Assembly: GCA_049999805.1 (NCBI GenBank)
Contig: JBNGIO010006236.1
Location: 168,164 to 203,631, forward strand
From: Folioceros fuciformis
Lineage: Eukaryota
Reading direction: 5' to 3'
DNA: 35,468 nucleotides
Shown: one piece after another, positions 9,385-21,290 of the stretch
How positions within the stretch are numbered: position 1 is the stretch's first letter
How the letters are laid out: every line of letters begins with the position of its first letter
Notes under the pieces: generated by a model
The model's database searches: none
Seen by the model: the letters and a program-made list of their open reading frames with translations, nothing else
Told to the model about the DNA's origin: nothing
Made by a program: the position numbers and the translations under genes

Positions 9385-12300
9385 ATGGCTAGCGGTGCTT
9401 CCTTTTTGGGGGAGGCTTCGTTCCCGAGTGCTTCTGTTACAGGAGGGGCCACTGCCCATGGACCCTTGCCTACTCGGTCGGGGAGTAGCAGGGGGCGGCG
9501 GGGGGGAAGGATTCATTCCGGGCCTCGTGCTGCGCACGACACGCAGGAGCAGGCTTGGGGCACTTCTGTGCAGCGGGTTGCGCTCTCGGGGTCTGGAAGG
9601 GGAGGTGGATGCGTGGGAGGAGGAGTATATGTGAGGCCGGGGCCGGGGGCTGGAGTGGCCACCGCTCTGCACCAGACCGAGCATTTGCAAGGAGGCCTCA
9701 GTGCCGAGTTTTGTGGGCGGAGATCGACCAGGCTTGTGTCCAAGTTCCACCATGGCCGCCAGAAGTTGTACCTGGGGAAGCATTCGTCGGAAGCAGATGC
9801 GGCCTTGCAGGAGGTTTTCAGCCTACCGTCTTCAGCTGGGACAGGGTCTTTGCTTAACAGGTGGTGTCACAAGCTTGTTGGGCTGGAGGACTTTCCTTAC
9901 ATGTTGCGGGAACTTGGCAATAAAGGGGAGTGGGAGAAGGCGCTGAAGAGTTTCGACTGGATGGTGTCGCAGCAAAGTATCAGGGGTGAGTGGAGCAAGT
10001 TGGCCAGTATTATGATCTCCACTCTTGGGAGGTTGGGTAAGGTGGATCTGGCTCAGAAGGTGTTTGATAAGGCTGTGGCAGCGGGATTCGGGAAGAACGT
10101 GTATGCCTTTTCTGCCCTTGTTAGTGCGTATGGTCGGAGTGGGAGGTGTAGGGAAGCGCTGGATGTGTTTCAGGCCATGAAGAAAGCTGGATGTCCTCCA
10201 AATTTGATCACGTATAACTCAATTATAGATGCCTGTGGGAAGGGTGGTGTGGATCTGAACAAGGCCCTCGAGATCTTTGATGAGATGCAGAGGGAGGGTG
10301 TCGAACCTGATCGCATCACCTTCAATTCTTTGATTGCTGTTTGCAGCCGAGGCAGTCTTTGGGAGGAGTCGCAAAGAGTCTTCGCTGAGATGCAACGACG
10401 AGGGATTGAACAGGATATTTTCACGTATAATACTTTGGTAGATGCCGTTTGCAAGGGTGGCCAGATGGACATCGCAGCCTCCATAGTAGCAACTATGCGG
10501 CAGAAGGGTATTATGCCGAATGTCGTGACCTACAGTACCATGATCGATGGGTATGGAAAAACTGGGTGTTTCGGCGAGGCCATTAGGGTGTATCATGAGA
10601 TGAAAGATGCTGGGATTCGTCCTGACAGAGTTTCGTATAACACGCTGCTAGATATCTATGCCAAGATGGGCATGTTTGAGGAAGCTCTTACTATTTGCGA
10701 GGAGATGGAGAGAGCGGGCTGGAAAACCGACGTTGTTACTTACAACGCTCTCATTGATGCTTACGGGAAGCAGGGCAAGTATATGGAGGCAGCCAATCTC
10801 TTTAGCAAAATGAAGGACGAAGGCCTCGTCCCAAATGTGCTGACATATTCAGCTTTGATTTATGCATTCTCTAAAGGAGGCCTTCACCGAGAGGCCAGGC
10901 AAGTGTTTGAAGAATTCAGAGATGCAGGGTTGAAGCCAGATGTTGTACTCTATAGTGCTTTGATAGACGTTTTCTGTAAAAGTGGTTTAGTAGAGGAAGC
11001 CGTGCAGTTGCTTGAGGAGATGATGGCCGAGGGCATACAGCCCAACATTGTGACTTATAATTCCTTGATCGATGCCTATGGGCGAAGGGGCCAGGTACGT
11101 GCTTGCTTGGAGCCTATTGGCTGATGTGGAGTCAGGATCTGGTTGATGCGAGCTTCCTGTTCTTTGTTTTAGTTTCTCCCTGAAATTTGATCTAGCAGTT
11201 ACATGCTTTTTCGGACAGCGTTTCGCGATCTGCCAGGCAAAACAGGCCTGTGACCGAATATGTCCGTGGCTTTGGGTCGTGCAGGTTGATCATGCTTTGA
11301 GCACAATGGAGAGGATGAGAGGTGTTGGCATCGTCCCAGATAGTCGGACGTACAATTCAGTCATTAATGCACTTGGCAATGATAGTCTTCAGACACCAGA
11401 GCAGGTGCGGGCTAGGAGTGTAGAATTTGACATTCCACCGGTCCCAAGACCCTTGGATTCACAAGGTGGCCAAGGGGACATCTTGGCAGCCGTTCGAGTT
11501 TTCCATGAGATGCAGGAGCTGGGTGTGAAACCAAACGTAGTGACTTTTTCAGCCATTCTCAACGCGTGCAGGTGAGTTCACATTACCCTTTTGCTACGTG
11601 GTGGGTGCAACATGGTGGTAGCTGCAGACTCATCTGTCTTGTGTGACGTATTTGCTTCTCCACTCCCTGTCCCTGCGTGCAGCCGGTGCGCATCATTTGA
11701 AGAGGCATCCCTCTTGCTCGAAGAAATGCGCCTCTTTGACAGCCGTGTCTATGGAGTAGCTCACGGCTTGTTGATGGGACTGCGGGAGCAGGTTTGGCAA
11801 GAAGCCGAGGCCTTGTTTGATCAGATGTTCTTCATGGATCTTGCTACTGCCGGAGCGTTCTACAACGCCCTGACAGACGTCCTGTGGCATTTCGGTCAGG
11901 TAGTGGTTCGGTCTTCGCAGTTGTGCACTCCTCGCCACCGCCGCTAACCTTTCTTCCATAGTTGCTCACTCCCTCACCTGTGTCATGCAGAGAGAGGGAG
12001 CCCAGAAAGTAGTGATAGCAGCAAAACGACGCCAGGTGTGGGCCAATGCATGGTGGAGGTCCGAGCAGCAATTTTGTCTAGATTTGCATCTGATGTCTGT
12101 GGGAGCAGCTCAAGCCATGCTTCACGTCTGGCTCCTGCACATCCGAGGTCTGTTGTTTGAGGGGCATGAGCTACCGAGATTGTTGAGGTACGTCATGAGA
12201 ACTCTGTAATGTCCAGCTTGTTGAGCTGGATGTCCGACCGACTGACACCATCATGACAACTGGCATGGCAGCATTCTTACAGGGTGGGGTAAGCACAGCA

Positions 12301-12542
12301 AAGTAGCGGGTGACAGTTCGGTGAAGCGAGCTGTTGAGGCTCATCTGGTAGACATCGGAGCGCCGTTCCACGTCGCCAGACACAACGAAGGCAGGCTAGT
12401 TTCCGCAGGCCATGTGGTAGGAGCCTGGCTTCGCGAAGGCCGGACTGAGCAATTTTTGCGCCTGCGAGACCAGGTGTGCATAATCAACAACAGGAGGGAC
12501 TCCGTGACCGATCCTCGGCTTCTATTGGCTACTACCAGGTGA
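9385..12542 (+). CDS. GUN1: GENOMES UNCOUPLED 1, plastid P-class PPR protein with C-terminal SMR domain, 5 coding exons
   Basis: Exons 9385-11094, 11285-11571, 11683-11899, 11991-12187, 12272-12542 (all GT-AG, in frame). GUN1-typical segments [70 protein letters not shown] and SMR LDLHLMS...[11 protein letters not shown]. First in-frame ATG is 9385 (the track start at 9382 is GTG). Confidence 0.93.
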
Positions 12543-13843
12543 ACGAGTAGGGAACGACGGGGCCACACGCCTTTCTCGAACTCTCACCCCCCGACTTGCT
12601 GTATATATAAATATCTCTCTTAAATTTTGTGTGCGGCATCTGGAAAGTTGTGTAACACAGGATCTCCCTACTTTCTCCTCGGGGTATCTCTTCTCTTCAA
12701 GTGTATATCTGGATGAGCAATTTGCCAGCCTTCACCAAGTTTAGATTTTGAAGTAGATCAGCGAGAGGAACCCGTCTTGGATTGAGGAAGAACATCATGT
12801 ATTGTTGGTTTTAATCGTCATAGGCAAGCCCTTTACTGCCACGTCCTTTTCGAAAAGGAGAAAACGTCTATTTTTTCTGGTACACTAGTTGAATGAGTGA
12901 CAATCTCGGCTCTGACATCACTCAACCTCTAACTTAGGGTTCATAACAAAAGAATTAGGGCTGCAAATGAGAAAGGGGAAGGAAGGTCTAGTCTTGCAGA
13001 CACATGCAAGGTGAGGAGGTATGAAAACCATTCACTTTCAACATTAAGTGAAAGTTAATAACACTTTAGTCTGGTTGAGACGAATTTGAAGGCAAAGGGT
13101 ACAAATTCAAATTATTTTCCTCACGTTTAAGAAGTAAATTTTAAACCAAGGCAAAGTGAGGAAAAATGAGAATCTTAGATCCAAAAATGAGATCAGGTTC
13201 ATAATTGGAGTCTTTAATTGGATTTGTGATGGCCACATGATTTTTTGGTTTTTGAGAACATGATTGTCGTAAACAGCATCATATTTCCTCGCCATCAACA
13301 ACATGGCGCCTCATATAGCATTATGTGCAGTAATGCACTTCTAAAGCTGGCTGGCTGAAATTATTTTTTGGATACATAGGGATTTCGCGTTCCAAATGTA
13401 CATGGTATAGCCTACGGTCCCTCGACCTCCAGTGGTTAAAGCTGAGCGCATACTCAAGGAAACATCATCCAGCAAATACACCTGTCACGCAAGACATCTA
13501 CCCGGAGTAAGCAAGTACAGTATTTGAAAGCTTGGACACATCATATCAGAGCCTTGCCACATCAACCTGGGATTTATTATTGCAAATACCTCATTAGTCA
13601 TGGCATGGTTCGAAAATTAGCATTAAGTCTGCAGCATATTCTCCACAGCCACTAACATCATATCCTGCCAGTGAAGCGGTCGGGTTTTTCTGGCGGATTC
13701 CTGTTGCAGATTCCAGCATTGAAGTACATACAAGGTAAGCTTGTACAGTTTACAAAGCTGTGAGTTCACGAAGCAAAAAAGCCAAAGCCCCTAGCAGATG
13801 CAACTGAGCAAGTATCACTCGCCATGTAAAACTTTCAAAACAC

Positions 13844-15163
13844 CTACCAAGGAATGAGGGAACCGAAGAGGAAGTGTTGCATGATGGGGACTTTTTCAAG
13901 AACTTCTGCCTTGTACATTTTCAGCATTCCACTGTTCACCTTGCTCCATGTAGGAACCCCGCTGACATCGTCAATCATCGGAGAGTGCTCAGCGAGATGC
14001 CCCTTCTTAACAGACTTCACAAACTGGACGCAACCAAGGTATAGATATTCCTTGGAAAAGTTTTCAAGAATGTCGGGGTTGTGAATCGACTTAGGCTTCA
14101 TGTACTTGTGATCAATCAGCTGCGAAGATCCGAATACGAAGGGAAGAAAATGATAATCATCCAACCCCCACACTCCGTGCGAGCCTGCAGGCTCCAGCCA
14201 GTATGTTGTCTGCATCTTTCTCATCAGATTCAAGTACGATACCATCACTCTGGAAACAACTGCCTGGAAATCATCAGGTTGGAGCAGCCCGAGCCTGGCC
14301 AGACAGAGCAACCAAGCAGCAAAATTTGCCTCATGACCTGTCCCGTAGTCAATCCTAGTGGCATTCCCAAAGCTGTCAGCAAAGTAGGGGAATATCTCTC
14401 CCACAGCAGCGCGGAGAGACACTGGCAGGATAGACAGCATCAGCTGTGGACCTTGCGCGTCCAACCTAGCATGCCATTCCCTATATGCTGGATTGCCGTA
14501 CCTCACAGGTTGCTGCCTAGGGGGAATCTCATCCACCCACTCGTTCATCACCGACAACACCTTCAGTATGACATTCAGCGTGCGAGACTCCTTGCAGAAA
14601 TCCGAGAGCTTATGACCCTTCATGGACTCGCTGAGCGCTACGATGAATCCTAAAAACGTCTTGCCAGCTTCAGACTGGTGAAAAAGCTCAATGTCCTGCA
14701 TTGATGTGATCCGTTTCCTGGGAGTCTGGAAGGAGTAGGGAGGCTGCACCACCGGCACTTGCCGAGCCTGCGGCACCGGACTGAGAGCCGCCAACGACAT
14801 CCCAGGATGTCCAGGCACAGGAGGAGGCCGCATTGGCCTGACGTTGATGCTCGGCCATGACACCGTGCCTCCCTGCGACCCGTAACCGAACGATGCTGCT
14901 GGCCCGTAGAATTGCCCCGGGCCGCCTGTACTGACATTGGATTCCGGCGAAACCGAGTTCGAGTTCGGATCCGGAGGCTCCTTGAAAACCACAGAACTCG
15001 GCTCGGCAGGAGGTTTGAAACCTTCATCTTCCACCAATTGCCGCTGCTCCCCATCGTCTCCCACCTGAGCTTGCTCCCCGCCGGAGTCGGATCGTGCAGG
15101 AGGGCCCGGCGCAGCAGACGGAGAGGCCGGGGATGCAGCATCGCTAATGCCGGGACTGTCCAT
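13844..15163 (-). CDS. PTPA: Serine/threonine-protein phosphatase 2A activator (phosphotyrosyl phosphatase activator)
   Basis: Motifs RYGNPAYREWH, SFGNATRIDYGTGHE, LEPAGSHGVWGLDDYHFLPFVFGSSQL, GMLKMYKAEVLEKVPIMQHFLFG. First ATG at 15163 (gccATGG). Pro/Ser-rich N-terminal extension. May extend to a small terminal exon at 13700-13658 (see findings). Confidence 0.93.
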   Translation of the reverse strand: MDSPGISDAASPASPSAAPGPPARSDSGGEQAQVGDDGEQRQLVEDEGFKPPAEPSSVVFKEPPDPNSNSVSPESNVSTGGPGQFYGPAASFGYGSQGGTVSWPSINVRPMRPPPVPGHPGMSLAALSPVPQARQVPVVQPPYSFQTPRKRITSMQDIELFHQSEAGKTFLGFIVALSESMKGHKLSDFCKESRTLNVILKVLSVMNEWVDEIPPRQQPVRYGNPAYREWHARLDAQGPQLMLSILPVSLRAAVGEIFPYFADSFGNATRIDYGTGHEANFAAWLLCLARLGLLQPDDFQAVVSRVMVSYLNLMRKMQTTYWLEPAGSHGVWGLDDYHFLPFVFGSSQLIDHKYMKPKSIHNPDILENFSKEYLYLGCVQFVKSVKKGHLAEHSPMIDDVSGVPTWSKVNSGMLKMYKAEVLEKVPIMQHFLFGSLIPW

Positions 15164-15336
15164 GGCCACCTCAGAGCAAACCACTTCAGCCCCTTCAGGT
15201 TTTAGGATGCAAACACCTTGCAGCAATTTCTTTCCTTGCTTGAAACGGAAGCAGGCGAGGTACTCAAAGGAATCAACAGGACGTCCAATTCAGAATGCAT
15301 CACCTCGGATTCTGTATATTCTGCATCAAAGAATTC

Positions 15337-15344
15337 TAGGGTTT
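15337..15344 (-). promoter_or_regulatory. Telo-box (AAACCCTA) upstream of PTPA
   Basis: tagggttt at 15337-15344 reads AAACCCTA on the minus strand, about 175 nt upstream of the PTPA ATG. Confidence 0.5.
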
Positions 15345-15461
15345 ACAGACAGTACAGTCCTTGGCACAGGACTTGTGTTATACAATACTCTATGTCTAGG
15401 TGTCATGGCCGAACCCAAATGTAGTTGGTCCAGAAAGAACGGTCCGTCTGCTCGCGGCTTG

Positions 15462-18400
15462 TCATGTACCCGCTGCAAGTCGGACTGTCACATCAGTGTC
15501 CAGAAGAGCAGGAGACTCTGTGCTATCTTGCGTGCTCCCACCACCACCCGCACCAAGGACACTGTGCTCCACGCCATAGAACACATAGATGAAGACACCA
15601 ATCACCAGCCAGATTGATACTCTGATCCAAGTCGATACTCTGCATGCGGAAAGAACACGTCAAGTGGGAAGGAGAACACTCCAGCTGGAAGTCTCTCAAA
15701 TGTGAGGTACTTGAAAGATTACCCGAGATTCACAAGGAGATAGACGTTGATCAGAATGCTGGCGATTGGCAGCCCAGGCACAAAAGGACAGATGAAACCT
15801 GGAGGAAATGGGGTAACCATCAGCCCTGTTTGCTTCGGCCCAATAGCGAGTAAAGAAAATGAACTCCTGCACTACCTCCTGTTTGCCCAAAGCTGTGACG
15901 TTCTTCATCTTGATCGATCAGAAACAACACTATGGTGCCGGCTACAAAGACTGGAAGCCCAACCAATCCCAGGGTCCACCTAATCCAGCTGCACAAAAGC
16001 GGAGAAGGTCAGGACTTCGACCCCACAAGCTTGTACAGATGATTCACGTGTTGGCTTTAAACCTACGAGCTTGAGGGGATGAAACAACTACTGGTGAAGA
16101 AGGCACCTTGCCAATTTATCGGCGGATGTTGCTAGGCTGATACAGATGACTCCAGCAGAGACGGACGCAATTGCGATGGAAGCAGCTATTCTTCTCCTTG
16201 CCTCTTTCGAATTATCTGGTCGTCAAACAGAGTTGAGGAGAGTTTCAGGAATGCCAGATGACAAGTTCTGAATGAAGTCCATTTACCTGACGTCTCGTTC
16301 TCTGGGACCAGCAAAAGGTTCGTCTGCTTCGTGTCTTCCAGGGAGGCATGTTCGTCAATGTCTTCATCTGACGCTATAGCATCTTCAACTGAAAGGTCAC
16401 TACTGCTACTGGATACATCGCCCGTGTCCTTGCCAGGTAAGCTCTGCATTGAAGCCTCAGAGAAGAGAGACATGACGGGCGAAAAGTACCCTGTTGTTCC
16501 AAAGAACGGGAATGTAAAAATTGCTTCCGATTTATTTCCTACAGACCGGGGAGACAGTAATGCTGCACTTGGGGAGGCGGGCACGACTGGTGCAGGGACC
16601 CCAGATGGAGTAGGAATATCATCAATAGGTGGAACGTATCGTAAGATCAGAATAGCTACACCCACAACAGTAAACGCCAGAAGTGTTCCAACGCTGACCT
16701 GCAGTCACGGAGTAGGACGAAGACCAGGTTCACAAGATAAGGGAGACAGCTGAAAGAGTCATCAAAGAGTGCCCACAACAGTCTCCGAGTCTGAAGAGAA
16801 CGGTAGATCCCATACCATGCCAGATAACTCATCCACCTCCATGAACACCGCCATAAGGAGCGCTACTATGCCAGATAAAATGGTACCATTCACAGGCACC
16901 CGTGTTCTGTTGTTGATAGTGCTGAGGAACGGAGGTAGCAACCCGTCACGCGACATTGCCATTAGGATTCTGGGCTGTCATAACAGTTGGCAACCAGTTA
17001 TAGGAAGCGAAGCAATGCAATCTCAGGGAAACATAGAAAAGCTGTACGGTACACCAACCTGGGGAAGCAAAGAGCCCATAAGAGTAGTACAAAGGGCAGC
17101 CATTGCACCACCTGACACGACAAACCTGAAGAAACAACAAGTACGCGAAATGGTCAAGATAAGCTCCACAGCACCAGGTAGTGACGTGTATTCAGGACGA
17201 GCCCGTGTTTTTAGAGGCAGCAAGAAACCTACGTAGCCCATGGCATGCCGTTATCTGCGAACGCACTAGATATTGGTGTATCTGGATCCATCAGTTTGTA
17301 GGGAACAAGACCTACAATCACGGCCGACACCATCATGTACAAGCTGGCACAGATGAATAGGGCCAAACCAATCCCGAGTGGCAGATCCCGCTGAGGATGT
17401 TTCACCTACAATGAAAAAGAAAAGGCTGGGTTGTGTTCGTCAAACCAGTTGGTGAGCAAGAGATCCAGCATTGCAGTCACTTGCTCAATTTTTTTGCTGC
17501 TGAACATGTTCTAGTGCAGGGAACCAGGAAGCCACAAAGCGTCAAACACCATCCGGAGTAGTTACCTCCTCAGCGGTGCTGGCCACAGTATCAAACCCAA
17601 TAAATGCGAAGAACAAGGTAGCTGCCCCTCCGAGTGTTCCATTCAGCCCGAAGGGGAAATAACTACAAAATAATGTTCGGATGAGAATGGCATCACTTGA
17701 ATACTGAGAAACGAAGAAACGTAGAATAACAACCACTTTGATGTTCACCTGTCCACCTGCTCATAGCCTGGCCAACCGTTGCGGAAACCAGCCCATGCTC
17801 CGACAATTATCACAAACAGAAGGACACAGACATTCCCTGCCACCATGACCGAGGCGAAATTTGCACTCTGCAACATATTGGCAACATTACAAGCGATTAC
17901 ATCATTAAGATAGTATTATACCATGCTGCCTCCTTCTGCATGAACCTGGGGCAAAACATGCTAGAGCAGAATCTGTGAGACGAAAGGCAATGGTTTGCAC
18001 CTCCCTAATCCCGATGCAGAGCAGGACAGTGACCACACTCACAATGACACCCGCGAGTGGGTCCGCTACTACATCTATCCCGGGAATTTCCCTCCTCATA
18101 AATATTGCTGGCAGTTTATCTGCACCTCCGAAAAATGTCGCCTAGCCACAACAGGGATCAGTGCACAACTCCAAGCACGTAACAAGTTTCCTTGGGAAGG
18201 CAAGTGCATTAAGTTTGTGAGAATTACACACCAGATTCGGAGACACGCCACGAGCAACAGCAGATCCACCGACAGTGTACTCCAGTACAAGGCCCCACCC
18301 GATTATCCAGGCAACCCTGCAAATCAGGAGCTGGGCTTGAACATTCCATGAAGCAGGATCAGATACTGGGGCCATAAGGACCGGACAAGGCTTACCCCTC

Positions 18401-18838
18401 CCCGACACATGTGTAGGCATAGTGGTACGCACTGCCAGCCGATGGGCATCGACTAGCCAGCTCGGCATAGCAGAAAGCTGACAGAGCCGCAGCTATACCA
18501 GCGATGAGAAATGAGAGAGAGAGTGAGGGACCAGTGCGTTCGCGAGAAACTGTTCCTATAAGCACATACACACCAGCTCCAATCGTAGTGCCAATACCTA
18601 GGGGCAACGCCAATGATCCTGTGAGCCAACATCGCATCCACACCAGCAATGCCACTACGACAATCTCCACAGAAGTTCCACGTTGCTCACCAATGGGAAT
18701 CAACTGGGCGACTGTAAGATGCTTAGCCAGCTGGTGACCTGATCGACGAGGAGCAGAAACATGCTTCCGCCTTGTAAGCGTTTCCACTGACAGCGTACCA
18801 AAATTTCTCGCAGCGCGACCCACAACAGTTGTACCCAT
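15462..18838 (-). CDS. Cationic amino acid transporter, CAT2/3/4 (vacuolar) clade, APC superfamily, 14 exons
   Basis: GT-AG exons join in frame to give [111 protein letters not shown]...[18 protein letters not shown]...FYG. Stop TGA at 15464-15462. The 5' end lies next to an assembly gap. Confidence 0.92.
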
Positions 18839-18855
18839 GGCCTGAGGAACTTTGG

Positions 18856-18955
18856 NNNNNNNNNNNNNNNNNNNNNNNNNNNNNNNNNNNNNNNNNNNNN
18901 NNNNNNNNNNNNNNNNNNNNNNNNNNNNNNNNNNNNNNNNNNNNNNNNNNNNNNN
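18856..18955. other. Assembly gap (100 N)
   Basis: Run of exactly 100 n, typical of a placeholder of unknown true size. Confidence 0.99.
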
Positions 18956-19673
18956 CTCAACGTGCCAGCCTCCGCTTTCCTCTGGGCACCTTTACGCAAA
19001 CGATCTTAGCTGGTCGTTGGACAGGAATCCAAGGCGGCACGCAGTGGGAAACCGATCACACCTGCCGTGATCAACTTGGCCACTTCACCGATAACACGAA
19101 CACCTACCACCCAAGCACGTACGTCTTTCCGAAAAGCCGGACAATGAAAGCCGCAGAGTCAAGGCACGGTGTCACTCAGGTTGTTGCACACTCCAATTTT
19201 GCGTGTAGAGGCCCACACGACACAATGATCAACAAGCGCTAGATGTAGCGTCCACAGCCATCGAGCACGCAAGAATCGATGGCTCCACACAATGTCATTT
19301 TTGTCCGGAGTGACAGTCAGAACCGATCGCAGTTTAGATCCAGAAATCCGACTGTTTAAGTCTCTGCCGATTCCTTAGAGCTTGACTAGACTGCTTATAC
19401 TTTCGTGGCCGCTGTACCGAACAATGGCTCATACGTCACGGACACCGTTTTGCATTGGCTGGCCGTGATTGAAGCATATTCCATTAAACACCGGCCTTGA
19501 GTGTGGCTCTCGATACCTGTCACTGTGGCATACGACGTGGGACATAACTTGCGCAACAGGATTCCAACTGAGCCTCATTTGTTGCTCAGAAAATTTAGTA
19601 CATCGAGGTGCGGCACTGTGCTTCCTGTAGTGGAACGACCTACACAAGGAGTAAAATAGTCACGAGGTTTGTC

Positions 19674-20495
19674 TCAGGGAGACTTGGCCTCCATCTCCTT
19701 GAGCTTAGCTTCGTACGAGGGAGGAGCTCTGTAGACGATGCTCCGCTGCCATGCCCTATCGATCTTCCTGGACTGACGCTTATTGATACCCTGTTCAAGC
19801 TCCCTCTCTCTCCTAACCGTCAGCATGCGGGCAATCTGTAAGGCATCGGAAGTCATTGATGAGTCAGGTGGGAAAGGACCGGTCACGCACAGGGCTGAGC
19901 TAAGAGCACAAACCTAATTACCCCCAGACCCCTTCCCTTGCCCGCTGAGCGACACAACACCAAACCATCCACTTACTCTCTTGCGGATCCGCCTGAAGTC
20001 GCTGGTTTTAAGCTCCTGCCTAGTAGCCTGCATTGCTCGGAGAATGAAAAGTTCACCCTTCAGATCTTGCACGTTGGCTTTGATTTCCTCATCGGTGAGC
20101 TGCCTCAGCTCCTTGAGCTCTTCCTCTCTCTTGGCCGCCTTCACGGCGGTGGTGACTGCTGCTGCCGCCCTCGGGGTGGAGACTTGGCGTTGCAGCTGGC
20201 AATTGCCGAACAGCGTTCTACGGGGAGCTGCCAATCTCACAGCGCCCGGATGAGCTTCAAGCTTCACCCGTCCTTGATTACTGGCGGAGACATTTACAAA
20301 ATGCCGGTCAGCTCAGGCCAAGAAGACAAAGTAGCAGCAGCCACGGATTCAACCGCGCAATCCACTCGCCGAATCCAATGCCAGTGCACATTCCATGCCA
20401 CTTGCGCTTCCGTCGCTGAAAAGTAACAAACTGTTCATGCACCTCAAGGAGACTCCCACGCAAGGCCGTGCTTGCGCCGCCGCTGCCAGCGCCAT
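19674..20495 (-). CDS. RPL29: Plastid 50S ribosomal protein L29 (uL29c) precursor, 3 exons
   Basis: Exons 20495-20443 (MALAAAAQARPCVGVSL), 20280-19977 and 19835-19674 join in frame. L29 core KREEELKELRQLTDEEI...LKGELFILR...DFRRIRKRIARMLTVRRERE plus plastid-type tail GINKRQSRKIDRAWQRSIV.RAPPS. Ala/Arg-rich transit peptide. Confidence 0.9.
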
Positions 20496-20759
20496 GGTCC
20501 GAAAGCCTCCCGCAGGTCTGCTCGATGTCCGAGAGGTTTTGTGCCCAGAGCGTATAGATAAGGTCGACCCCTAATCGTCTCAGTCCATATGCTCTGTGCA
20601 TACGCCGGTACTTTTTTCAGGACGAGTCTGACTTCACAGAGCGAAGAAAACCGCCACCAGGTGTGCATTAAGTTAGAGGGCCAAGGTGTTTTCGGTTGTC
20701 CCAGCTCACAACCCAGCACTGCCCAAGCCACATCCTCATCGGATAAAGTCATAAACGTT

Positions 20760-21290
20760 CGACTAATATGAAATATAATTAGATATAATTTATAGGATGT
20801 CAAAGTATTACACCCTACTATATTACAAAAAGTGTTGAGAAACTATAACAAGCAATTATGTTTTATAATTTATGCTTTTTAAAGAGAGCTAATATATTTT
20901 ATATCAAGCACCTATAGTTTATGTTTACTAACTTCCACGTTGTGGTGGGGGTTAAGGAATTAAGAAATTGCTAAGCATAATGCAGTGCCATATGTTATGT
21001 TTTTCTTGATCAAGGAGGCTGGCTTTTTACCCTTTATCGAGTGTGTACTCTCTACTTAATGATATTTCTCTTAGGGTATTCCTATCATGGTTTATCTTCC
21101 TCTCTAAGGATAGATAGGTTTTTCTATTTTATTCTTCTAAAATAAATAAGTTTAATTTTTAATGCAAGATACTATATTTTATAATAATCAACTATATTTT
21201 ATTGTTATGTCTTTAATGCAAGTCACTATATTTTATATCAAACATCTATATTTTTATGTTTCCTATCTCTAATATCGATACAATATGTTG
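20760..21290. repeat. AT-rich intergenic block with degenerate direct repeats
   Basis: TATATTTTATATCAAGCACCTATAGTTTATGTTT (~20893) vs TATATTTTATATCAAACATCTATATTTTTATGTTT (~21228); TTTAATGCAAGnnACTATATTTTAT twice (~21158, ~21212). Confidence 0.55.

Noticed and set aside
12900-13330. AT-rich stretch between convergent GUN1 and PTPA as a MITE
   Set aside because: No terminal inverted repeats or target-site duplication identified.
18700-19242. ORFs spanning the N run
   Set aside because: Artefacts of translating through the assembly gap.
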